A stretch of DNA of 63,251 nt, counting the filler, from Bigelowiella natans CCMP2755 (taxonomy: Eukaryota > Protista > Cercozoa): assembly GCA_000320545.1 (NCBI GenBank). It is 5 parts of 5 records of this genome, joined end to end, with 100 filler letters (N's around TTAATTAATTAA, not from the genome) between each part and the next. Parts side by side here need not be neighbours in the genome. Positions count along the whole stretch, not along the records: positions 1 to 13,643 come from ADNK01003518.1; positions 13,744 to 37,009 come from ADNK01001974.1; 3 more parts are not named here. One strand, written 5' to 3'. This document shows positions 12,138 through 23,119 of the stretch, piece after piece. Every line of letters begins with the position of its first letter. The stretch's first letter is position 1. The notes under the pieces are model-generated. The model did not search any database and was not told where the DNA came from. It saw only the letters and a program-made list of their open reading frames with translations. The position numbers were made by a program, and so were the translations under genes.

Positions 12138-13262
12138 CGAATCTCTTGACCAGAAATCGCTCGGTGCTCCGGTTTGAACCGACTACGTGCTCGATCAAGC
12201 TGCTGCCGGCTGTTCTCTTCTTGCTTCCCCCCCCTCCTCCCTATCGGTTTTCGAGATGGCGCGGGAGAGAGCTCCTCAATAGCCCTCGTAGCTGCAGCAT
12301 TGCGCCCAAACTTCTTCTGCAGCTGTTCCACCTCTCTCTTCGCTTCCTGGCCGGCCCGTTCGGTCGCATCCGGCAGGCGCGCCTTAGACCATAATTCGTT
12401 GGTATAATTTCGCAGCTTGGCTGCTGAGTCGCACAACGCCGCAGCGGCCGGCCTCCCTTCGTTGAAGGCGAGCGCGTTTCTCCACACGAGGTCTAAGTAA
12501 GCCTTGCACGTCTCCGGCTGGGAGAAGTGCTCGGTCTTGAGCAGAACCATCGCGCTGCCAAGGTCAGCTGGGTGGGAAATGACATCGAAGTAGGGCGCAT
12601 AGCCCGACTCCACTGGGGCATTGAAAGGAAAGGCGTTCGCCTGGATCATCACCCTCCGGACTATCTCGATGGCGGATTGCGGCCAGAGCGTTGCAGCAGG
12701 CGTCGTTGTCGCTGTAGTCGCTGCAGCTGCTGCTGGTGATAAGGAGGAGGGCAGTGTTGCGTTCTCGCCAACTCCTCCTCCTCCTCCTCCTCCTCCTCCT
12801 CCTTCTGCTGCTGCTGCTGCTGCCCCTCCCTTAGCTGCTTCTCCTAGTGTTGCATTGCTGGGGAATACAGCGACGACTTTCAGCTCAGACGCCTTGTCGC
12901 GGACCTGAGGAGGGAGAGAGCAGGGGAGCTCTGGTTATTGATGAAGGCACCTTCTTCGTCGCGGAACAGGGCTCCGCAGACAATGCGAGGAAAACATGTT
13001 TTCCTTGTGCTATAGCATAAGCGAAGGACCTCACTTTTCTAGTCTTTAGTGAAAGAAAAAGAGAGACAGGGCACATACGTTTAAGCGATGATGCTGCCTC
13101 TTGCCACTCGCATCCGCCCCGTCTTCGCTAGCAGCCGCGACAGCACGTTTATCACTTGCCAGGTACGCTGTTTCGGCCTCCGATTCCATCCAGTATTGAT
13201 CCCAGATCTGTCATGATATTGAAAGAGTTCGTCTGTTATCTCTCTAGCGATGATATATGACT

Positions 13263-13316
<54 letters not shown>

Positions 13317-13372
13317 TGTGTGTGTTGTCTTCATATATATTGTACACACACAAACACACCTGCACACAGAGA

Positions 13373-13414
<42 letters not shown>

Positions 13415-13512
13415 ACACCTGCTTCAGCTCTTCCGAAGCTTTATACAACGCCGAGTTGGGGCGGTTGAAGAGCTGGCAGTTGTGAAACACTTGCCTCACG
13501 TCTCGGTCCACC
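8417..13512 (-). CDS. Multi-bromodomain protein (at least 4 bromodomains, an ET-like segment, acidic tail); 5' end lost in gap
   Basis: Bromodomain motifs at about 13420-13512 (DVRQVFHNCQLFN), 12390-12680 (AFPFNAPV..YFDVISHPADL..LVWRNALAFN), 11480-11960 (AFLHPV..YYE..EPMDI..IWKNCRAFN) and 9200-9485 (AWPFNKPVDP..PNYFAVVKKPMDF..IFSNCRMFN). ET-like LEYQLNVDSLRPSEFVKIRQYL at about 10200-10270. Acidic last exon ends TAG at 8417. Confidence 0.85.
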
Positions 13513-13643
13513 TAAGGAGGGGGTGGGGGGGGGGTCATAGACGGCAGAACACAGGATGCAGCACAGCTATCACAAAAGACAGCGAAATCGATATCAAATC
13601 GCGGATTTGCGGAAACGGAGAACTATATATCAAAGGAGAAGGT

Positions 13644-13743
13644 NNNNNNNNNNNNNNNNNNNNNNNNNNNNNNNNNNNNNNNNNNNNTTAATTAATTAAN
13701 NNNNNNNNNNNNNNNNNNNNNNNNNNNNNNNNNNNNNNNNNNN
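13644..13743. other. Artificial contig linker (N-run, TTAATTAATTAA, N-run)
   Basis: The same 100-nt structure occurs four times. TTAATTAATTAA gives stops in all six frames. Confidence 0.95.
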
Positions 13744-14031
13744 AGGTGGTGAGGCTGTTGGTGCGAAGGAGGGAGATCCTGTCGGAGTCACAGTTGGAGA
13801 TTCAGTTGGCTCGGACGTGGTTGGGCTGAGGGTGGGAGATACAGAAGGCGAGCTCGTGGGTGTGATCGTTGGGTTTGTTGTTGGAGTAGAGGTGGGGCCT
13901 ACGGTTGAAGGGCTGGTAGATGGGATCCCTGTTGTGGGAATGAGTGTTGACGGTGAAGTTGTCGGGGTACTTGTGCTAGGGGTTGTGGAAGGGCTCGCCG
14001 TTGGAGAGATAGTTGGAGTGCCGCTTGGACT

Positions 14032-14086
<55 letters not shown>

Positions 14087-14614
14087 AGTGGTAGGGCTTT
14101 CTGTCGGGAATGATGTTGTGGGAGATGACGTTGTTGGAGAGGTACTGGAGGAAGGAGATGATGTTGGAGAAAAAGTCCCAGGCGGTAAGAATTCAGGTTC
14201 TTCACCATCAATTGACATGCTTAAAGACAGACCCCCTCCTGCTTGAAACCAAAGTAGAGCGTAGGTTGGATCCCCAGATACCATAACAGGCCCCGAGTTT
14301 CTGGAAATTGTCCCATGTCTGCCATCGTTATCCACGAGGAGAGTCTTCTCTGAATATAGCACGGAGCCATCGTCCGAGCTCGTTTCAAACGTGTGGATTC
14401 CCTCAGACAGGTCTAGTCGAAACGAGTAGATGCAGACTATGTTGAATCCGAATACAAGATCCAAGTCATCCCTGTCACTCACACTAGATGCTTGAAAGAT
14501 TCCCAGCCAATCGTCAAGCGTCCGATCTTGGATCCTGTCAATTTGCTCAAATCTGCATCTTCGCTGCACCTGCGCGGCCACCCCCATCGCCAAGACGAGA
14601 AGAGCCAACACCAT
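13744..14614 (-). CDS. PA14-domain Thr/Ser/Pro-stalk surface protein, copy A (truncated by gap; frameshifted at an (AC)25 tract as assembled)
   Basis: Signal peptide MVLALLVLAMGVAA, PA14 motif GIHTFETSSDDGSVL..LVDNDGRHG..WFQAGGG and TxSPT repeats. Near-identical in reverse complement to about 15313-16006. Confidence 0.8.
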
Positions 14615-16006
14615 CGTTGTTAGTTGCTGTCCGCGCTTGCGCTTGCCGGCAGTCGTTCAAACACGTAGTTCCCGTCAGGCTGCGCGCTGTCTCTCAGTTG
14701 CTGTCGACGCGCATGAAATGGGCAGTTGCGCCCTCTGGTTTCTCATCGCAACAACATCTAATGTATTGTCGCATTTCCAAATCAACGGGCGTTCTCCCCG
14801 TCAAAAGCCGTTCATGAAATCTCGGAAAGGATTGCCGAAGCCCAATGATGAGAGATGGAAAATTCAATCGCGACATGGATTCTGAGTTGTCGCAAAGGAA
14901 AAACAAAGAGATGACGTAGCCATTTCGCAAAACCCAAGTCGCACCCGGGGAGAAAAAAACATAGAGCGCGCCACGAGCGCACTGTTTCCTTGCGCATGTC
15001 CGTTTGAGCATGCCTGGCGGCAGGCAATCTTGTCTTTCATCGATAATTGCTTGTGAATTGGCAGAAACAAGAAGAGCATTACGTTGTGCCTCGGAACGGG
15101 CGAAGGATCGACCTAGCTCACAACTACAGGGCTGAGAATGGCGTTTGTTCTACTTCTCGCTGCAATGATTGCGGCTGCTCAGCCAATAGAACGGAGATGT
15201 AGAAGTTTCGACGTCAACAACATCCAAGATAGGACGCTGGACGAATGGTTTGACTTCTTTGAAGGGACAAGTATAAGCTTCCTGAACGATGTAGATGTTC
15301 TTGATCAGGACGACACAGTCTGCATCTACTTGTTTAGACTAGTCTTGTCTGAGGGAATCCACACGTTTGAAACGAGCTCGGACGATGGCTCCGTGCTATA
15401 TTCAGAGAAGACTCTCCTCGTGGATAACGATGGCAGACATGGGACAAGGTCCAGAAACTCGGAGCCTGTTATGGTATCTGGGGATCCAACCTACGCTCTA
15501 CTTTGGTTTCAAGCAGGAGGGGGTCTGTCTTTAAGCATGTCAATTGATGGTGAAGAACCTGAATTCTTACCGCCTGGGACTTTTTCTCCAACATCATCTC
15601 CTTCCTCCAGTACCTCTCCAACAACGTCATCTCCCACAACATCATTCCCGACAGAAAGCCCTACCACTGACACCCCCACACTCACTCCAACCACTGGTAC
15701 ACCTACATCTACTCCTACTGCAAGTCCAAGCGGCACTCCAACTATCTCTCCAACGGCGAGCCCTTCCACAACCCCTAGCACAAGTACCCCGACAACTTCA
15801 CCGTCAACACTCATTCCCACAACAGGGATCCCATCTACCAGCCCTTCAACCGTAGGCCCCACCTCTACTCCAACAACAAACCCAACGATCACACCCACGA
15901 GCTCGCCTTCTGTATCTCCCACCCTCAGCCCAACCACGTCCGAGCCAACTGAATCTCCAACTGTGACTCCGACAGGATCTCCCTCCTTCGCACCAACAGC
16001 CTCACC
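13746..16006. repeat. Inverted repeat pair (about 13746-14442 and about 15313-16006) flanking an approximately 870-bp unique segment
   Basis: By direct comparison the arms differ only by a few substitutions in the PA14 region and by the (AC)25 tract. The left arm runs into the gap, so it may be longer. Confidence 0.9.
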
Positions 16007-17105
16007 AACCTTATCCCCAACTCTTAGCCCCAGCACCGCAACACCAAGTCAAACTCCCAGCGCCACGCCAACCGAAAGCCCTCTGACGTCAGGCCCTACG
16101 AACACGCCACTAACATGTGCTCCAACAGCAACACCGACCAACTCACCAACTGGGAGGCCAACGTCATCAGCGCCTTCCTCCACCCCAACGTCCAGCGCTC
16201 CTACTCAAACGTGCAGCCCCTCTATCTCGCCGACAACATCTCTCAGAGGAGCAGGGGGGAATTCGGGAGGAGGAGGAGGAGGAGGAGGAGGACAAATCAC
16301 TCCACCGGATGACTTAGCAGGAGAAGGGGGAGGAGGTGGGGGGGAAGACTCATCATCGGCCATTATTGGGGGTGCTGTCGCCGCTATTGTGGTCGCAGCA
16401 GCAGCGATGGGATACTTCTGCTATCGGTACAAATATCACACTTGCTGTGTAGCATGCTGTGTGCTTTTGCTTGCGTCAGGGAAGAAGAAGAAGAAGAAGA
16501 AGAAGAAGAAGAAGAAGAAGAAGAGAAACAACAACAACAAGCATGATGGTAATGATGATGATGATGATGATGATGACGACGTGGTTGACGAGCGAGGACG
16601 CAACTTGTCTTCGGACAATGGAGCACTTCATCAGTCGACGGATGGTGCACCGAACAAAGACTCAGAGACGATGCAGCAACAGCAGCAGCAGGGCGGCAGA
16701 TCGCCGAAGAGTGATGAGAAAAATGATGGATCCTCGTTGAGCAACATAGAATCCTCAATGTTCAACAACGGACGCAGCCCGAAGAGCGAGTCAAAAAGTA
16801 GGACAGCTGACTTTGGAACGAGCAGCACTGACATTGAACGGCGAAGATTGACGGTCGGCAATCCTCTAGCCTCACAGCAGCCCTTAGCACGTTCTTCGAA
16901 CAGTGAGCTTGCGGTATCTACATCCCTGCGAGGAAACTCCAGCACAAACAGAGCATGGAGGCATTCTGGCAGCGCTATGTCATTAGGACATCATCACAAA
17001 TCAATGACTACGCCACTGCCATCTTCCAGTGCCATTCATGCTCCAGGGGCGGGGGAGAAACCTGTTGCTGACGAGGCCGGGTTCAACGTCTACAGTTTGT
17101 ATTGA
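15138..17105 (+). CDS. Intronless 655-aa type I membrane protein: signal peptide, PA14 domain, TxSP mucin-like stalk, TM helix, Cys cluster/poly-Lys, cytoplasmic tail (copy B)
   Basis: Open ORF with the PA14 signature SSDDGS/DNDGRHG/WFQAGGG, about 220 aa of T/S/P repeats, TM AIIGGAVAAIVVAAAAMGYFC, then CCVACC and a Lys run. Confidence 0.9.
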   Translation: MAFVLLLAAMIAAAQPIERRCRSFDVNNIQDRTLDEWFDFFEGTSISFLNDVDVLDQDDTVCIYLFRLVLSEGIHTFETSSDDGSVLYSEKTLLVDNDGRHGTRSRNSEPVMVSGDPTYALLWFQAGGGLSLSMSIDGEEPEFLPPGTFSPTSSPSSSTSPTTSSPTTSFPTESPTTDTPTLTPTTGTPTSTPTASPSGTPTISPTASPSTTPSTSTPTTSPSTLIPTTGIPSTSPSTVGPTSTPTTNPTITPTSSPSVSPTLSPTTSEPTESPTVTPTGSPSFAPTASPTLSPTLSPSTATPSQTPSATPTESPLTSGPTNTPLTCAPTATPTNSPTGRPTSSAPSSTPTSSAPTQTCSPSISPTTSLRGAGGNSGGGGGGGGGQITPPDDLAGEGGGGGGEDSSSAIIGGAVAAIVVAAAAMGYFCYRYKYHTCCVACCVLLLASGKKKKKKKKKKKKKKRNNNNKHDGNDDDDDDDDDVVDERGRNLSSDNGALHQSTDGAPNKDSETMQQQQQQGGRSPKSDEKNDGSSLSNIESSMFNNGRSPKSESKSRTADFGTSSTDIERRRLTVGNPLASQQPLARSSNSELAVSTSLRGNSSTNRAWRHSGSAMSLGHHHKSMTTPLPSSSAIHAPGAGEKPVADEAGFNVYSLY

Positions 17106-18171
17106 TTATCATTTTTCCAAACATGCATCTCTTACTGTAAGTCTCATCGTATGCAAGCACATGTGCTCCGTTATGACAGCAGTCATCATCAATGATTTGT
17201 GTTTTTTGAAAGAGTGCATGATGAAGAATGACGAACTTGTCATGAAACATGTCCTCATCATTAGTTGGCTAATCAAGAAAATGCAGCAGCATGCAGCACT
17301 CTTTTGTCATAGATGTGGAATTGTCAATGTGGGCAAGACGCTGCCTTGAGAAATGTGCGGCACATGTCTAGATGTGATGGTGTGTGATGAAAATGCACGA
17401 CCAGAGCTCACTGTTGCGCAACAAACTTGGCTTGTGTCATCACACTTTGTCATTCTATTTGTGGTGATTCAATGATCACATGTGATGCCCCCTCCTGCTT
17501 TGACGTTGTGCCTGTGCTTTGCGTAGCAAATGAACAGAATCTAACGGCATCAACACACTACCACGTCTTGGAATGAACACATGTTTTCATTGTGTTTTGC
17601 TGTGAGCACGTACAGCCATGCTAGCATGCGTAAAAATGCATGCGCATCACATTTAATTGCTGATGTGAGCGAATGCATAGCTGCAGAACTCCTACATGTA
17701 CATCGTGCAGCACGACTGATCAACAGATTTGCACTGCGACCATCCTAGATGCTAACAGGGGCATTTATTGATGATGCATGTGGATGCATGTGCAGCGTAC
17801 CACGCGCATGTGTGTGTGTACCTAGCGCCACACATGTAGCCGTCAGCAAAATCAACAGTCACATTGTGCACTGACTGTGTGCATGGCTTGATGGGTTGCG
17901 ACACGTTCTGTAGAGTATGAAGCATTCATTATGCAAGCCGCAGCCACAGTACGAAGCGCACATTTGCAGCTACATCGTGCAGTAAATACCTTATACTTTC
18001 GCAACAATCAGCATGCGGCTCTTAGCAACAGTGCTAGAGTTGTTATGGGGCAGGATTAAGTCGAAGACTTTGTGAAATCTGGCTCAACTCCGTATTTTCG
18101 GACTCCCAACGGCCAGCAACTGTAGATGCCTGTTGGAGCGATTAGGGTGTTGTGTGGCCTATTGTATCTTT

Positions 18172-18213
<42 letters not shown>

Positions 18214-18248
18214 TTCCCGATGTGTGGCGTGTGTGATGTATATCTTAG

Positions 18249-19299
18249 GCGAAATTTCATGAAATATATATGGGCCAATACCATACGACAAAAATCATCA
18301 TCGTTTTCAATATCGTAAGGACTTCCGTGGAAACACGATTCTCCTTTCCATAAACGAGCATAACGGTAGCTGTTATTTGTCAGCAGGTGTACAGAAATCC
18401 ATTATCATGACAACCTCGAGAGCGAATATCCTCCCATTACTCGAAAGATACGTCGTGCACACGTAGCGCCTGAGTTGAGTAGGTAACCATGTACGAGGCG
18501 GTTCCGCCAGATCAATTTTTATGCAGATGGAAAGCAGAGAGCACGGCTATCATCAGCGCGCAGGAGTGTCATTCGACAGCAAAGCTGATGTTGATGAATG
18601 GCTGCTATTTGTTTGGTTACCGAGCTGCAACCGGTCTTTGCACGTTCCCCACCCCAAGGCAAATGACGCCTCCGGGGTTGTCGGGATCTGACTTGACGAT
18701 GCCGTTGCACACGGCCTTGCTAAACCTGGGCATGCGAGAAGATGTTAAGCTTCACGATTACTAGAGGTTGAAACGAGCGATCGCGCGTTCAAAGTACAAT
18801 TGCAATAGATCTATCTCGCTGAAATCCTCTCACGTATTCGTTTTATTGTGTCGTAGTACATACGTATATCGCAGGCCGTTATTTTCAAGAGCGACAGCTT
18901 CGTCGACAGAGAATGCAGCAGTTGCCTAGGCGTTATGTATTTTTGGGTAATTCAATGTGGAGTAGGAGCTCGTATAATTAAGAAGATTTCGCGTAGTAAT
19001 GTTGCTGCCGCAGCTGCCTGTTACTGGTGACAAGGAACGATTAGTGTAAGTGGTGCTGCTGCAGCAGCCTCGCTGAACGTTACTGCAAAGAGGACAAAGT
19101 ATTGTTGTTCAACCTCTTCGTCGCTGCCATGAAGAATCGGAGCAAGTTTCTGATTCGCAAAAGAGAATATGAACTCGACAATTCGAAGAAAATGAAAACG
19201 AAATCGCAATATATTCATCACAGCTCGGCGCACGCGTGTAGGGCGCAGGAAGATGAGCAATCAATTGTCGGTGTTTTTCGTCCAGTGCCCAAATTATGA
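18249..19299 (+). CDS. Probable multi-exon gene, unknown function (start unresolved)
   Basis: Coding-like blocks bounded by GT/AG (CTEIHYHDNLESEYPPITRKIRRAHVAPELS; RWKAESTAIISAQECHSTAKLMLMNG; LLFNLFVAAMKNRSKFLIRKREYELD..VPKL*). Confidence 0.3.
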
Positions 19300-19326
19300 C
19301 CATTCTTGCTAGAAACATCCGCTACT

Positions 19327-20330
19327 TTATCGTTCTGTTATTTTTTGGTGCTTCACACTGCGAAATTTTATATAGACCAGGGCGGCAGATTTCGGATCAG
19401 AATTGGCCATGGCTTCCTTCACCCTCCCCTCGATAAGCCTACAGCATGAGCTGATATGTGGAGGGGATCCAGGTATACGGAGCGTTTGTTAGAGAGTACT
19501 TACGGGTCAAGATGGCGCCATTTGCCGATAACGATCTTTTCCCCGGAGTTGAGAAACACCTGATTTGAGAGTATTTGTTGGCCTTAGCGGTAAGCGACGG
19601 GAACAAGACAAACTTCATTTTTTTCCGTGTGGAAATACAAGAATTGTTGTGTTCAATGGCGATTTTGTCAGTCCTACTAGCGCGCCGGGGTTTTCCGGTT
19701 TAAAAGCCCGATCATAGAGCGTTCCGTACTTGGCCTCCACTGGCACCTCGAATTCAATCACCCCAGACTTTGCTAAGTAGCGAGGGGGTGAGGAAAGCAG
19801 GTATGAGTAATGACGCAATCATGAGTTGGGGCAGGCACATTAGACACACTGCTGTTGCAAGAGACTTTCATTCCACCTTTGTACACGCTCAGGTCGCCGC
19901 TACTCGCAGAACCCATACGGGTCGGAACCCACTGCAGCGCTGATGAGATGAGTAGGAGGCGGCGAATGAAGCTTCTCCTAGGCAGCTCGCTGATCGATGT
20001 CGGGGATGGTGAAGAAGTTATTTGCGATGAAGAACTGGGAGGGGGACTCATCTTGGTCATGGCCATTGCAGCCGTTCCTCTTCTTCCTATTTCCTGTGAG
20101 CGAAGGAAGCAGAGAGTGTGTAGGTTGTTTTCGCGAGACAGAGACGAAAAATGCTTCTCACAGCAGCAGAATTCTCGGATCGTTGTGTGTGTGTGTGTGT
20201 GTGTCTGTGTGTATGCCAGCGAATATATGGTCGAAGCATTCGAAGATGAACAATGGACTGGTTACTACCCGCGGATGGAGAAAGCGAAGGGACCAGGGGC
20301 GTGTCGACGGGGCCGGCGACGCGTACATGT
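19327..20330 (-). CDS. Probable plastid (thylakoid-lumen?) protein of unknown function; 5' end unresolved
   Basis: A Ser/Pro-rich leader is followed by SELPRRSFIRRLLLISSALQWVPTRMGSASS (twin-Arg, hydrophobic stretch, small residues). The last exons splice in frame: VFLNSGEKIVIGKWRHLDP/LIEGRVKEAMANSDPKSAALVYIKFRSVKHQKITER*. Confidence 0.45.
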
Positions 20331-21598
20331 TTTGGATGTTGTTGTTGGATGTCAGAATAGACAATTATTTAAGCGGCATATATCGTATAATGAAGACCGA
20401 CGAAAATGTCTCCTGAACATTTTCCCCCTGCGACAGGGATAAACTATCGTCGCATGACGAGAAAGCGAAGAAGGGCAGCTTCGTTGCATGAGACACCGTC
20501 GGCTCGGAGCTGAGAAAGGGACGAGCAGGAGTGGAGTGTGTTCAATGCTCCAGCTCCATGCATTGCATTGGAATGGGTGTCAATTGACTGATTGATTGAT
20601 TCATTCAATCATTCAGCTCCAGCATGGGAATTCAATTCACTCATTCATTCACAATTCAAATGACAGCGGTAGAATGAATGCAATCAGAGGTCTCACACGC
20701 TGTGTGTGATTTGTTTTGGTGATCCAAGCAACAACAATGTTTCGCACGACAGTCAGTCAAGTCACTGGACAGCACGCAATGGACATCATCATTGCGAAGA
20801 CATTCTAGTCTTTTGCAGTTTCTGGATCGTGCATTTTGCAGCGTCGAATGTGCCAGTCAGAATTTTCACTTTGCTCCACATCATCGCACGATGATCACTT
20901 GCTTGCCATTGCTGTGCTCCACACACACGTGCTGCACGACAGTGTTGCGCGCACACATGCTTGAATGAATGAAGCTACTTGTGATGGGCACATGCATGTC
21001 AGGACAATAGATGTCCACAGTCAGGATGTCTGCTTTTGACACAACATTTCATGTTGTCACGTTCTTTGCCGCAATGCCACACAAAAAACATGTGGCTACA
21101 CGCGCGCATGGACTGGACATGCTAGCATGTTCATGCTTGTTTTACATGAACTACGCTCATGAACGTGAGCTGATTCTTTGTGATTCGCAGCCTATCTAGC
21201 GCGCTATGCACACTCATATTATTCACACAGAGCACAGTGGACACAACAACGTACATATCCTGCTACTGCACTAATGCAGTATGTACATGTCAGATAGGTA
21301 TTTGCGAGCTGCGTGAATGAAAGGTAAAATGTGTTTATACGACACATTCTAATGTAGCATGTATCTCAACGATTAAGTTTGCTCCGCGCTCGTTTTAAGA
21401 AAACCTTTTCCATGTATTGTTCCTAACGTGTGTACTGCAGGCACTATAAATAGCATTCACCGAACAATGTGCTAACCAAATATCTCAATTCACACATATA
21501 TGTGGGGTCGCAAATAATATATTACGGAGGTTGGCCCTAGGCACATGGCACCTGTACCGCATATCTGTCTTAATCCTTTACTACAGTATCACCGTCTC

Positions 21599-22603
21599 TC
21601 AATATCCTACAACCAATGAGGAATTGATGTGATTCAAGAACCTATCAGCATAAAACGAAGGTGGCTCTGTCGATTTGTTATGCTCGCAGAATTTCATCAG
21701 TCTCGCAATCTTTTTCTTCATGTTCCAATCCTGATCATAACAAGGTAGAAGGAATTAATTTAGGTGAAATTGAATGGTTACTCCAGCATAGACGAGGAAT
21801 TATCAATGTAACACAATGCTATCTTCGCACGCTCTTTTCCTGCAACGATTATCTCCACCACGCCATCATCACCCTCCCCGCTGTCATATACCTGCAGGAA
21901 GTCAATGAGACCGACATAAGCCGAGTAATTTTCCCCAGCATAAGTGGCCTTGATTACGCATTTGCTTTTCCTGCTACATATATCGCTTGGCTCATCTTGA
22001 GAACTAGTTTGTGCGTGCGGTCTTCTCCTTCGTCCTAGTTTAAATCTCCGTATTGGAAAAGGAGGGCATCTCTTCCTCTTCATCGCCTCCTCTTCCTCCT
22101 CCGCTCCCCCATTCTCTTCTGTCCTCTTCATTGCCAGAATGAGAGAGTAGTCCATGAGGCCCTTCCCACGCAAAAACTGCACATCTCTGTATCAACACCA
22201 TCATGCAGATTCTCCGTTACTCAATCTTGGAATTCTATATAGAAGAATCAAGTGACTCGGAACAAAGCAGAAGGTACCTTGATAGCACGCCCAAGAGCTC
22301 CTTCTTGGTCTGCATATTCATGCCAATTTGCAGAGTCCTTGCCTCTATTTTCCCGGATTTATATAGGGCTCTCTCCGTGATGGCCGTCCTTGAGAAGAAC
22401 GGCCACCGATAAGGCAGCGTGTACCTTTTGTGTAGGAAACGAAAACAACTGAGGATGATTATGTGCACGCACAGCAGAATATGTTGATAATTTTGAGTGA
22501 AACGGCCTTGCCAAGGGACTTGGCACAGCAATCGAGCCTATTCACTGGCGATGAATCCGAGGATTGTGTTATGTATGTTCCATCTCTGTGGTGCTGACAT
22601 CGG

Positions 22604-22634
<31 letters not shown>

Positions 22635-23040
22635 TCCATCTCATCGTGCTTTGCATTCTGGCTATTTTTGGTGCAGCGCAGGATGCTGTACCAACGGTTC
22701 CGCCTTATCGGGACCTTTCGATTCCCCGAAATCAATTTCTTGTCATCGTCGCATCCTATTGTTCAGTGACAGTAGCGATACGCACGAGAAGTGTCAGTAG
22801 TCATTGAAGCTGTTGCTTTCTTTACGAGCGAGAGCAGCAACCGCAGGCTGTTGTTCCAGAAACATAAAATTTCTCCCCCCCCCCTCTCTATCTCTCTCTC
22901 TCATTCTCTTTGGACACCTTTTATATCGTACAATAGATCGAAATGCGTAGCTTCATGGCCGGGAAACCAATTATTCATTACGATCCAGATGCGTCCCTAA
23001 AGGCGAGCAATATCAGGAGTCTCTGTCAGAAGATGTTAAG

Positions 23041-23119
<79 letters not shown>

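Noticed and set aside
13688-13699. TTAATTAATTAA palindrome repeated four times in the window
   Set aside because: Always centred in identical N-runs, so it is an assembly linker with six-frame stops and not biological.
15509-16036. Val/Gly-rich ORFs antisense to the PA14 genes (also 13817-14113)
   Set aside because: Shadow frames of the Thr/Pro repeats.
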